Part shown: positions 1 to 7,446 of the stretch, piece by piece
How the letters are laid out: the number at the start of each line of letters is the position of its first letter
Position numbering within the stretch: position 1 is the first letter of the stretch
Origin: a virus
Taxonomy: Duplodnaviria; Caudoviricetes
DNA: 50,642 bases
IMG/VR virus record: IMGVR_UViG_3300030098_005849
Coordinates: 1 to 50,642 of that record
Reading direction: 5' to 3' (one strand)
The notes under the pieces: model-generated
The model's input: only the letters and a program-made list of their open reading frames with translations
Databases searched by the model: none
What the model was told of the DNA's origin: nothing
Translations under genes and position numbers: made by a program

Positions 1-145
1 GTATGCTAGGGATTATAATCCATTTTGCATAATTTGCCATAGCAACATTAAAAAGAATTACTCCTCCTGCTCCCATAAGGGGCCACCATCCTCGTTTTCC
101 ACGGGTTACTGTGAGCATTACAATGCCAGCACCTATGCATAAGGG
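1..145 (+). repeat. Terminal direct repeat / circular overlap, copy 1
   Basis: 1-145 matches 50498-50642 except A50 vs G50547. Confidence 0.97.
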
Positions 146-310
146 GATAATCCAGTTATAAGCACTGGTTGTAGAAGACAATTCTAAAGGGCTAGATCCT
201 AATCCATCAATAGGAATACTTACTCCAGGGACAGGAGTAGGGATACCAGACATTGAAGAACACCCAGTTAATGCAAGAGAACTCAACATAAAAAATTGTA
301 TTGGTTTCAT
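1..310 (-). CDS. 5' part of a 168-aa membrane lipoprotein spanning the circular join (continues at 50497..50301)
   Basis: ATG at 310 overlaps the TGA of ORF 307..534 (ATGA). Reads MKPIQFFMLSSLALTGC SSMSGIPTPVPG..., with lipobox LTGC, in frame with track ORF 50301..50615. Confidence 0.85.
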   Translation of the reverse strand, partial: MKPIQFFMLSSLALTGCSSMSGIPTPVPGVSIPIDGLGSSPLELSSTTSAYNWIIPLCIGAGIVMLTVTRGKRGWWPLMGAGGVILFNVAMANYAKWIIIPSI

Positions 311-534
311 TTTTTCTTTGCTTTCTTCTTCCAGCTTATACGAGCTGGGCCTTTTTTTCTTTTAGCTGCAGCAGTGCATTGAGCTTTAGTTGGGCGACAT
401 GCAGGATATGGTCGTTTACTTCCACCTTTTGCAGACTTACGTCCACATGGTTTTCCTGTCTTACAGTCGACCCAACCTTTGCCTTTGTTGCGACCGAACC
501 ACTTACGTAGACTATCGCTTTTTCTTTTTGCCAT
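307..534 (-). CDS. Small Lys/Arg-rich Cys-containing protein (DUF5872-like, LRKWF...WVD...CGR...YPACRP)
   Basis: 75 aa, extremely basic; motif recurrent in aquatic phage proteins; coupled to the downstream gene. Confidence 0.8.
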   Translation of the reverse strand: MAKRKSDSLRKWFGRNKGKGWVDCKTGKPCGRKSAKGGSKRPYPACRPTKAQCTAAAKRKKGPARISWKKKAKKK

Positions 535-622
535 TACCTTTTTTCTTCATACCGTTCTTTTTCTTAGGCATTGCTTTTGCTTTGTACATCTTTTTTCCTT
601 TCGGGCATTTTCCACCGTGCAT
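512..622 (-). CDS. 36-aa Lys-rich microprotein (MHGGKCPKGKKMYKAKAMPKKKNGMKKKGNGKKKKR)
   Basis: Not in the ORF track. ATG at 622 overlaps the upstream TAA (TAATG); TAG at 512-514; composition like its neighbours. Confidence 0.6.
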   Translation of the reverse strand: MHGGKCPKGKKMYKAKAMPKKKNGMKKKGNGKKKKR

Positions 623-792
623 TATTTTTTCCTTTTACTCTTGGATTTTGTACCCCAGTTAGCTGCACCGACCTTACGGCACTTAACCAACGCTCCTGAA
701 GCATATGCACTAGGCCACTTAGTATACCGTGACTTGACCTTATGATAACAAGCATCTCTTTTTGCTCCAGCTTTTTTCTTTTTCTTTGCCAT
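622..792 (-). CDS. Small basic protein (DUF5872-like, CY.KVK.RY..WPSAYASG)
   Basis: 56 aa from ATG 792 (TAATG overlap with the upstream gene); WPSAYASG motif. Confidence 0.8.
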   Translation of the reverse strand: MAKKKKKAGAKRDACYHKVKSRYTKWPSAYASGALVKCRKVGAANWGTKSKSKRKK

Positions 793-1082
793 TAACATTT
801 CCACCTTCGTCTGGCTTGACGCAATCTAGAGTTAGGATTCTTTGCAGCTTTAGGAAACTTTTTCATTTGACCTGCACTCCTGGCACAGAATGACTTACGT
901 CTCTTAGCTGCTTTGCTACCTTTTTTAACTTTGCCTGTGACGGCACCTTTTAATTTAGATCCAGGATTATCTCTTCTGTATTTTGCAATTCCTTTACGAG
1001 TCATTCCTGCACCAGCTTTGGTAGGACGTTTGTGTCCTCCTTTGATGGTATGACCTTTCATTGAACCCCGTTTTTTAGCCAT
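792..1082 (-). CDS. Small basic protein (DUF6321-like, RRKSFCARS...NPNSRLRQARRRWKC)
   Basis: 96 aa, K/R-rich; recognisable family motif; SD-like AAGGG upstream. Confidence 0.82.
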   Translation of the reverse strand: MAKKRGSMKGHTIKGGHKRPTKAGAGMTRKGIAKYRRDNPGSKLKGAVTGKVKKGSKAAKRRKSFCARSAGQMKKFPKAAKNPNSRLRQARRRWKC

Positions 1083-1099
1083 TGCTTTACCCCTTATAT

Positions 1100-1288
1100 C
1101 TATGAAAGATATTTAATCCCCATAGTTACAATAAAAGAAATGATTGCTGCTCCAAAATAAATTTTAGTTTGAATAATTCCAAGATGCCGTTCAATTCTGT
1201 TCAACCTTCCATCAATATCATCTAGCTTACTGCCATTTTTTTCTAACCGATAAAGAACTTCTGACTCCCGCTTTTCCCATTCACTCAT
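1100..1288 (-). CDS. Coiled coil plus C-terminal TM protein (XhlA/holin-like)
   Basis: 62 aa; heptad LDDIDGRLNRIERHL followed by hydrophobic IYFGAAIISFIVTMGI. Confidence 0.6.
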   Translation of the reverse strand: MSEWEKRESEVLYRLEKNGSKLDDIDGRLNRIERHLGIIQTKIYFGAAIISFIVTMGIKYLS

Positions 1289-2355
1289 CTTCGATTCCTA
1301 TCGTATACATTTAAAGGTTCTTTTAAAGTGTAAGGAATAACAGGATTAGAAGTTAACTTGGTAGTAGACAAAGTAGATCCTGCTACACAATGACATGTAG
1401 TTGGAGGTCCTTGTTTATAAGTATGGACACTTCCTCCTGTTCCTGCTTCATCAGAATCGGGAAGTAAATCATCGTATTTCCAAGCTAAATATCCTTCCAT
1501 TCTATCTCTAATATCTTCATGGAAGGTGCTTCCCATATGAATCATACAAGCTTCAAACATAGATCCTCGTATGCTTTCATCAAATCCATTATCATTTCCT
1601 AAGATAAAAGCACCAGAGTCATTCATGTTTATAGATCCAGAACTAGCAGTGCTTTCTGCTAATGCAGCTCCAGCAAAATAAGTTTGTACTTTTTGGTTAG
1701 TCCCATCTGCAGCTATAGTTCTTGCACATCCTACAAAAGTAGTAAGGGGTCCTGTTCCACTAGTTTGAGCTGAGTCATAAGTCCAAACTCCACCTGTTAC
1801 ATTTCCTGTTTTTGCATTAATAGTTAGGTTAGCTGTGGTTGCTCCTTGAAAGTTATCACTAAGATTACTTCTTGTATAGTGAGTACCCCCAGCTCCATCT
1901 TTTGTTGAGTGCCATACACCTCTGTTTGCTGCTCTTGTAGAGAGAGCATTGGAACTTGTTAATGCATCGTTTGCAAAAATAAATTGATTTACATTAGCAG
2001 GAACTACAGAGCTACTAGCATTAACAGTTTCGTTTTCTAAATAACAATAGAATAAAAAACAACCATATCCTACATCTCCTATCGTAGAAGAAGAAGCAGA
2101 TGAAGTAAAATAACTTTCTTTATCTGTATGGTAACTAGCTCCTGTGTACCCATTTTTTACAGCACCATCAGAAGTTTGAGGAACTCTTGTACCTCCTGAT
2201 TTTACTGCTGCTGTTAAATTAGTAGAAGTATCTGCATCATTTTGCCAGATAGTACAGGTTGCATTTACTGGTAAAGATTCTGGGCGTACCCACATTGAGC
2301 AAGTTGTACTAGAATCGTACGCACCTTCTACGTCTGTTGGTTTCCAAAGAGGCAT
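1285..2355 (-). CDS. Probable virion protein with concanavalin A/LamG-like beta-sandwich
   Basis: 356 aa, S/T/G/A-rich; N-terminal LWKPTD and C-terminal MEGYLAWKY...HTYK..PP motifs typical of this class. Confidence 0.6.
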   Translation of the reverse strand: MPLWKPTDVEGAYDSSTTCSMWVRPESLPVNATCTIWQNDADTSTNLTAAVKSGGTRVPQTSDGAVKNGYTGASYHTDKESYFTSSASSSTIGDVGYGCFLFYCYLENETVNASSSVVPANVNQFIFANDALTSSNALSTRAANRGVWHSTKDGAGGTHYTRSNLSDNFQGATTANLTINAKTGNVTGGVWTYDSAQTSGTGPLTTFVGCARTIAADGTNQKVQTYFAGAALAESTASSGSINMNDSGAFILGNDNGFDESIRGSMFEACMIHMGSTFHEDIRDRMEGYLAWKYDDLLPDSDEAGTGGSVHTYKQGPPTTCHCVAGSTLSTTKLTSNPVIPYTLKEPLNVYDRNRR

Positions 2356-2358
2356 GGG

Positions 2359-3111
2359 TTACTCCCCAAGTTCACAGGTAATTACTAAGTTGCAATCACT
2401 ACTTCCATCTTCAGCATCAGTAAGTTTAACTCTCATATGAGGCATTAGAGTTACAACTGCAACATCAACACCATCATCAGCAAGATTAGTAATAGTATGA
2501 AGAGTCTTCCAAGCAGAAGCATTGTCAAAAGTTTCTTCTGCAAAATTACTATCAGTATCTGTAAAGACAGGAGTTGAAGTAAGTTGAGCATCCTCATTCA
2601 TTAATTCAATCCAAATTTTATCATCAGCGTACCAAGCATTTGCCTGGAATTTTATGGTTGAATCATCACGAGCATGGTTGATTGCTAGTACTACATTTGT
2701 AGCTACTACATCTACATTATTAACACTATCTGTTCCAACAGAAACATTAGTTGCATCTACTGTAGTAGAAGTTCCTGATGCTATAGCATCTTTAAAAGTA
2801 AAAACTACTGCGTTTCCCATACCATCATTGATTGTAAAAGCATGATCATTAGTAGGGTTAGCTGTAGAAACTGTAGCTCTTGCAACTTTTCTAGTCCTAG
2901 GACCATGCATTGAGCCTTGAATTTCTATACTATTTGTACCCCCTGACCAGACTGCAGTTGTAGTAACGAGTCCTGTCCTAGCTCCTTGTGCAAAAGAAGG
3001 GGTTAAAACATCAGAAAAAGCCCCATCCGCACCGAAAAGAAACTTTTGCATAGTAGCTGCTGGGGAATTACCAGATACTAGCTTAAAGAATTGGTTATTC
3101 ATTTTGTCCAC
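2359..3111 (-). CDS. Probable virion structural protein with an inserted adhesin-like module
   Basis: 250 aa, acidic, T/A/D-rich; internal segment resembles the repeat modules of the 1670-aa tail protein. Confidence 0.55.
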   Translation of the reverse strand: MDKMNNQFFKLVSGNSPAATMQKFLFGADGAFSDVLTPSFAQGARTGLVTTTAVWSGGTNSIEIQGSMHGPRTRKVARATVSTANPTNDHAFTINDGMGNAVVFTFKDAIASGTSTTVDATNVSVGTDSVNNVDVVATNVVLAINHARDDSTIKFQANAWYADDKIWIELMNEDAQLTSTPVFTDTDSNFAEETFDNASAWKTLHTITNLADDGVDVAVVTLMPHMRVKLTDAEDGSSDCNLVITCELGE

Positions 3112-3605
3112 CTATATCCGTTTATTAATAAACGAGCACACCAATCTGAAAATGCCTGGCGGTGACACCTTGCCCCAGTTGGCATTAACAGCAATTGTAT
3201 CTTACGTTCTTGGAGAAATTTAAGCAAACAATCTAATACAATTTCTGGTTTTTCTACATATCTCTGGGGTCGTAGAAAATTAGTGGGTGTTCCTTCTGCC
3301 ATTAGGATCGGATTCCGTGCTTCAGCCAGCCTATCCAACGCAGAAAGGAATCTTTTATTGTCTTTAGTGATACAGTTTTTTGAGAGTTCAGAAAGAGATC
3401 CTTTCCGTTCAATAACTGTACCCATTGGATCTTCTTGGAGTTGGTAGTCACCCGTCTCCAGTTGTTCCTTGATGACATGTATCTGGACCGTTTGCGTCTT
3501 CTTCTTGCCTGGTGGGTACGCATCATTCCAGAGTACTAAATGTTTCGGGAATAAGAGGGGTCTTTTCTCCCGAGTGTCCTGAATGATCGTAAATGATTTT
3601 TTCAA
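3099..3605 (-). CDS. ERCC4/XPF-family nuclease
   Basis: Motifs IIQDTRE, LETGDY, VIERK. Confidence 0.85.
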   Translation of the reverse strand: MKKSFTIIQDTREKRPLLFPKHLVLWNDAYPPGKKKTQTVQIHVIKEQLETGDYQLQEDPMGTVIERKGSLSELSKNCITKDNKRFLSALDRLAEARNPILMAEGTPTNFLRPQRYVEKPEIVLDCLLKFLQERKIQLLLMPTGARCHRQAFSDWCARLLINGYRWTK

Positions 3606-3876
3606 TGTGACCTTGTGATATTTTGTACAAGGATGTTACTTCTTCTGGGGTAAAACCATACGTCATGGCATCTGTAACCCGTTTTCTCTTCGCCTTGGAC
3701 ACGTAGTTATAAGGCCATTTGTATCTTTTTGCAACTCGGTAGGCATAGTTTACTGAAATATTACAAGCATAAGCTGCTTCTTTTATCTCAACTCCCTCTG
3801 CCAACATGGATTTTAAATCGTTTAATACTTCTTTTCTTTTTTGTAAATCAAATCTAGGACCAGGTTTCACTGTCAT
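3523..3876 (-). CDS. HTH DNA-binding protein (two HTH-like segments)
   Basis: GVEIKEAAYACNISVNYAYRV and GFTPEEVTSLYKISQGHIEKI. Confidence 0.6.
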   Translation of the reverse strand: MTVKPGPRFDLQKRKEVLNDLKSMLAEGVEIKEAAYACNISVNYAYRVAKRYKWPYNYVSKAKRKRVTDAMTYGFTPEEVTSLYKISQGHIEKIIYDHSGHSGEKTPLIPETFSTLE

Positions 3877-5758
3877 ACTTCAATGGTATCTTTCTTCCAT
3901 AAAGTTGACAAAGATAATTCCAATATAATTTATTTTCTACGTTTAAGATGGCTTGATGGAAGATTTCTTTGAGAGAATCTATCTTGTGTTTAGGGCATTC
4001 GAAGTACAAAGCATCGTAAACATTCATAAGAAGTTTGATATCTGAGTCGTATCGTTGAGATCGTAAAGGTTTTAGTTGGTTATTAACTTCTATCTGTATG
4101 CTTAACAAGGTATTGCTGGCGGTGGTTTGAACGGGGAAGTTGACCATCTCGCTGATCTGGTATTTGTCCCCACCTCTGAAGAATCTCGATTGTCCTATGA
4201 AAGGAAGCTCGTATCTGCCTGTGGTTTCTGAAGTTCTAATGACTTCTTCTTGCCAATTCCACAAGCCAGGTCGGTGTTGCTTACGAGTGCGAACAATCTC
4301 TTGAAAGAAAGTCTTTGGTTTGTTTTGTCCTGTCATTGCCATCACGGTAGACTGCATAGTGTCAGCACCAGATCGGAACAGATCGGCAAAGTTAATACAT
4401 TTTCCTACCTGTCTCTCTTCATTTGTTACATTTTGTTTCATAAAGATTTGAGATGCTCGTTCGGCATGTAGATCTAAGTCATCTAAATAGGCAGCACAGA
4501 GAGCAGCATCTCCCGATAGGAGGGCTGCGACTCTGAGCTCTATTTGTGATAGATCAAATCCGATGATCTCATTCTTTAAACTCTTAATCCCCTTCTTTAT
4601 TATTGGGGGGAATGTCTGAGCACTCGGTCGTTTGCAAGTAATTCGGCCTTGTAAAGTACCGCCATCGCTAAATTTCCCACCTGTGATGTACCAAGTAGGG
4701 TAAATTCGCCCCCCAATTATCTTAGAAGACTTGTCTTCTGGTCTGTTTCGTCTGTGTTTTAAAAGCGGATAGCAATACGAAGAAAGGATCTTTTGATTAC
4801 TGCTGTGCTGTTTGCACATTTGTAGCAGGTCCACCAGGAAAGAATCAGATGGTAGTTTAGATGACAAGAGATTTCGGTTGTTATCATTGTAGCTTATCTG
4901 TTTTGTTTTTTGTGTATACTCAAGCATTGGATGGTCACGGATCTCCCCTCCTATGGTGTCACAAAGCATGTTCATGAAGGTTTGTTTAGATCCTGCAGAA
5001 CCTGTGCCTTCAAGGAGAAGGTCGTGGTTTTTACAAAACTCCAGGGCTTCCTGGATCTTTTCTTGTGTAGTTAATTCCAACTCTTCTAGGTAGTTGGTGT
5101 CCATTGGTATACCATCTTCTGACATACGCAGTACTGACCATAGAACATCCGAGTAAAAGTCTATGCAATATTCACTTGCTTTGGCTGTGCCTGGATAGTC
5201 TTTCTTTATCCTGCGTAGTAACTCACGACAAGCAAGGACAGTATTATGGGTATCCAGCACGTTGTAATAATGTAATTCTTTATCGCTGCTACTCTCGAAT
5301 CGATGATTCGCTGCGGTAAAACCTTCGTACTTATGGGTTCGGAGTACGGGTCCGAGATCTTTAAGAGATTTTTCTGGTCGTGTTTCATCATGGAGATAAT
5401 TTAAGATCTGTAGATCTATTAACCTTTTATTTATTAGGGACATTTGAAATAGTTTATTGAACTTACGTAGATACATTAAATCGAACAGTATGTTCATACC
5501 GATTATAGTGTTGGATTCTGTGATCCAATGATGCAGTCTTCGAACCTCCTCTTCTTTCTGCATATCAAAAGACATTGAATAAGTGGGCATCAAGTTATCT
5601 AACTCACCTTCGCAAATAGTTATTGCTGCAGTGTGTACAAGATTACCTACTTGAATTTGATCTGTGTGTATAGATTTATCTGGATGGAATACAGTCTGCT
5701 CTGGCAGCCATTCGACTGCACCGTAGGTTTCTATATCAAGGCTTATGGTGAATGACAT
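3854..5758 (-). CDS. polA: DNA polymerase family A with 3'-5' exonuclease
   Basis: ExoI DIET, ExoII NILFD, ExoIII YNVLD; motif A DLSQIELR; motif B RQVGKCINF; NFPVQ; motif C VYDA. Confidence 0.93.
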   Translation of the reverse strand: MSFTISLDIETYGAVEWLPEQTVFHPDKSIHTDQIQVGNLVHTAAITICEGELDNLMPTYSMSFDMQKEEEVRRLHHWITESNTIIGMNILFDLMYLRKFNKLFQMSLINKRLIDLQILNYLHDETRPEKSLKDLGPVLRTHKYEGFTAANHRFESSSDKELHYYNVLDTHNTVLACRELLRRIKKDYPGTAKASEYCIDFYSDVLWSVLRMSEDGIPMDTNYLEELELTTQEKIQEALEFCKNHDLLLEGTGSAGSKQTFMNMLCDTIGGEIRDHPMLEYTQKTKQISYNDNNRNLLSSKLPSDSFLVDLLQMCKQHSSNQKILSSYCYPLLKHRRNRPEDKSSKIIGGRIYPTWYITGGKFSDGGTLQGRITCKRPSAQTFPPIIKKGIKSLKNEIIGFDLSQIELRVAALLSGDAALCAAYLDDLDLHAERASQIFMKQNVTNEERQVGKCINFADLFRSGADTMQSTVMAMTGQNKPKTFFQEIVRTRKQHRPGLWNWQEEVIRTSETTGRYELPFIGQSRFFRGGDKYQISEMVNFPVQTTASNTLLSIQIEVNNQLKPLRSQRYDSDIKLLMNVYDALYFECPKHKIDSLKEIFHQAILNVENKLYWNYLCQLYGRKIPLKYDSETWS

Positions 5759-6455
5759 ATTTCTCTGGGGTTATACTTTTAAATTTGTTAGGTGAAAGAG
5801 AACGTATCCAAATAGGAGGACCGCATTCGATGTGAATATCTGATGCCCAATCTTTGACCATAGCCATGTGAGACTCCACAGCATTAATGTTATTGTGATC
5901 AAAAATACAAGCAGTAGGGTGGAAAGTAGAAAAGATAGTAAGGCTTCTTTCCGAGTCTGGAAGTAAGTAAGTAGTTCCATTTTCTCTAAGTCCTTTCCTA
6001 ATATTCATTTTAGGTTTGTTCAAAATCAATTTGTAAAAAGATTGTACTGCAATGCTTCCCAAAAGAATGACGGCTACTTGTTTGTAAACCATTAGCAAAG
6101 TAGTCAGGTCGGCTAATGTTTTTGTGTAGCATTCTTTTAAGTTTGCATTCTTTACTTTTGTATCTTTTTCAGGACAACATCGTACTAGATTGGTTGTGAA
6201 AACACTAGCATTTTCTGTGACTAAACTTCCAAGTGCATAAGCTTTTGCAATTATGTCTCCGACTTTACCTACGAAAGGTTGTCGTTGTTTACTTGCAAAG
6301 TAATCAGGAGAATGTCCAATAAATAAAACTGCTTTTGAATGATGCGTTTCTCCCTGGATAGTGATGTGTTGTGTGGCATGACCTGTTGTAGGAGAAGTAA
6401 TATGGAGGTCACATTTCTGACAGTCTTGATGACTGGGAAAAATAATTCTGGTCAC
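5736..6455 (-). CDS. Uracil-DNA glycosylase family 4-like protein (SPO1 polymerase N-terminal type)
   Basis: CQKC, LFIGHSPD, PFVG, TNLVRCCP, KEC, LLGSIA, TFHP. Confidence 0.85.
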   Translation of the reverse strand: MTRIIFPSHQDCQKCDLHITSPTTGHATQHITIQGETHHSKAVLFIGHSPDYFASKQRQPFVGKVGDIIAKAYALGSLVTENASVFTTNLVRCCPEKDTKVKNANLKECYTKTLADLTTLLMVYKQVAVILLGSIAVQSFYKLILNKPKMNIRKGLRENGTTYLLPDSERSLTIFSTFHPTACIFDHNNINAVESHMAMVKDWASDIHIECGPPIWIRSLSPNKFKSITPEKYVIHHKP

Positions 6456-6464
6456 AGCAATCCT

Positions 6465-6764
6465 TTACTTGTGTAGGTTTTTTAAGTAGGCTTTCCATCT
6501 TTCAGAAGCTACTTTTACATTGTCATTAATGGTGTTGGGTTGGGTGTAATCAATCATAATACTTTCTCCTGGTTTAGTAGGAGTTTTTCTTTTGTGTTTG
6601 TTACATCCAGGGCAAGGAGTTTTTTCTTGTTGTTGTTGGTAAGGGAATAGTTTGTTTAATTTATCTCTTCTTTTTTTACAAGAGTCACAAGACTTTACCT
6701 TCCCAAACGTCGCTGTTTTAATAGCTTTTTCTATTGAATCTCCTAATCCCTTTGACTTACTCAT
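6465..6764 (-). CDS. Small Cys-containing phage protein (SKGLGDSIEK...CDSCKKRRDKLNKLFPY)
   Basis: Start at 6764 by ATGA coupling; two CxxC motifs (CDSC, CPGC). Confidence 0.7.
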   Translation of the reverse strand: MSKSKGLGDSIEKAIKTATFGKVKSCDSCKKRRDKLNKLFPYQQQQEKTPCPGCNKHKRKTPTKPGESIMIDYTQPNTINDNVKVASERWKAYLKNLHK

Positions 6765-7135
6765 TTCAAAAACCTCTTTACTTTCTTCCAATATTTTTTT
6801 GTACTATCTTTTTTCCAACCGTTTGGTCCTCCATTCCATATGCGAGCACCTATTTCATCGGTAAAGATTTTTCCTGTTCTATCGGGACCTGCATATCTTT
6901 CCATATATCGTCTAAAGATTTGAACAGAGTAATATAATTCTTCACATTTTTCATACTTCTCTCCTTCTTTAGCTACATCTGACCAGGCTGCATAAGTTAT
7001 TTGCATAGGTCCTATCTCACCTGCTTCTCCTTCTGGACAATTTTCTAAACATTGATTGGTTTCTACTTTCCAAATAGCTAACTCTAATGGAGTCATTGTG
7101 CTTATTAAAGCAGTCATTAAACTAGTTACTATCAT
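6761..7135 (-). CDS. Lysozyme-like muramidase/transglycosylase (i-type/destabilase-like), endolysin candidate
   Basis: AIWKVET (catalytic Glu), GPMQIT..AW.D, ARIWNGGPNG...T..YW; hydrophobic N-terminus. Confidence 0.75.
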   Translation of the reverse strand: MIVTSLMTALISTMTPLELAIWKVETNQCLENCPEGEAGEIGPMQITYAAWSDVAKEGEKYEKCEELYYSVQIFRRYMERYAGPDRTGKIFTDEIGARIWNGGPNGWKKDSTKKYWKKVKRFLK

Positions 7136-7377
7136 GTATATAAATCCTCTCTGTGTTTAGTGTTTTCTAAAAACTCTTTTATATAGGGATCACGTTGTAG
7201 TTTTACTCTTATCTTTTTGACAAGTTGTTTATACAACATATGAATACATTGCCTAGACATAGGTTTATCTTTGCCTTCTCTAATAGCTAGTTGTTCTGCA
7301 ACTGTTTCCCAAGAAGGTAAATCCTTATCCTGTTCAGGATAAACGGGTTCTGTTTCATAATCAAATTCATTTAACAT
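7132..7377 (-). CDS. Sigma-70 region 4-like HTH protein
   Basis: SWETVAEQL...MSRQCIHMLYKQLVKKIR resembles T..EIA..L..SRERVRQIE..AL.KLR; start reassigned to ATG 7377 (SD AAGGA). Confidence 0.5.
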   Translation of the reverse strand: MLNEFDYETEPVYPEQDKDLPSWETVAEQLAIREGKDKPMSRQCIHMLYKQLVKKIRVKLQRDPYIKEFLENTKHREDLYT

Positions 7378-7391
7378 ATCTTTAATCCTTA

Positions 7392-7431
7392 TAGAGGGTG
7401 GGAATTGGAGTGCGGTCAACCCCACCCTCTA
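7392..7431. promoter_or_regulatory. Intergenic 11-bp inverted repeat (hairpin)
   Basis: TAGAGGGTGGG...CCCACCCTCTA, 18-nt loop, just upstream of the SD of 7132..7377. Confidence 0.6.
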
Positions 7432-7446
7432 ACCTTTAAGGAGGTA

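Noticed and set aside
3854-6455. Z-genome or dU-genome system
   Set aside because: No PurZ, dATPase, dUTPase, dCTP deaminase or thymidylate-synthase-like gene recognised; polymerase motif changes alone are not enough
6465-6764. KGLGD motif shared with the repeats of the SLOG-fusion protein
   Set aside because: Five-residue match with unrelated flanks; probably chance
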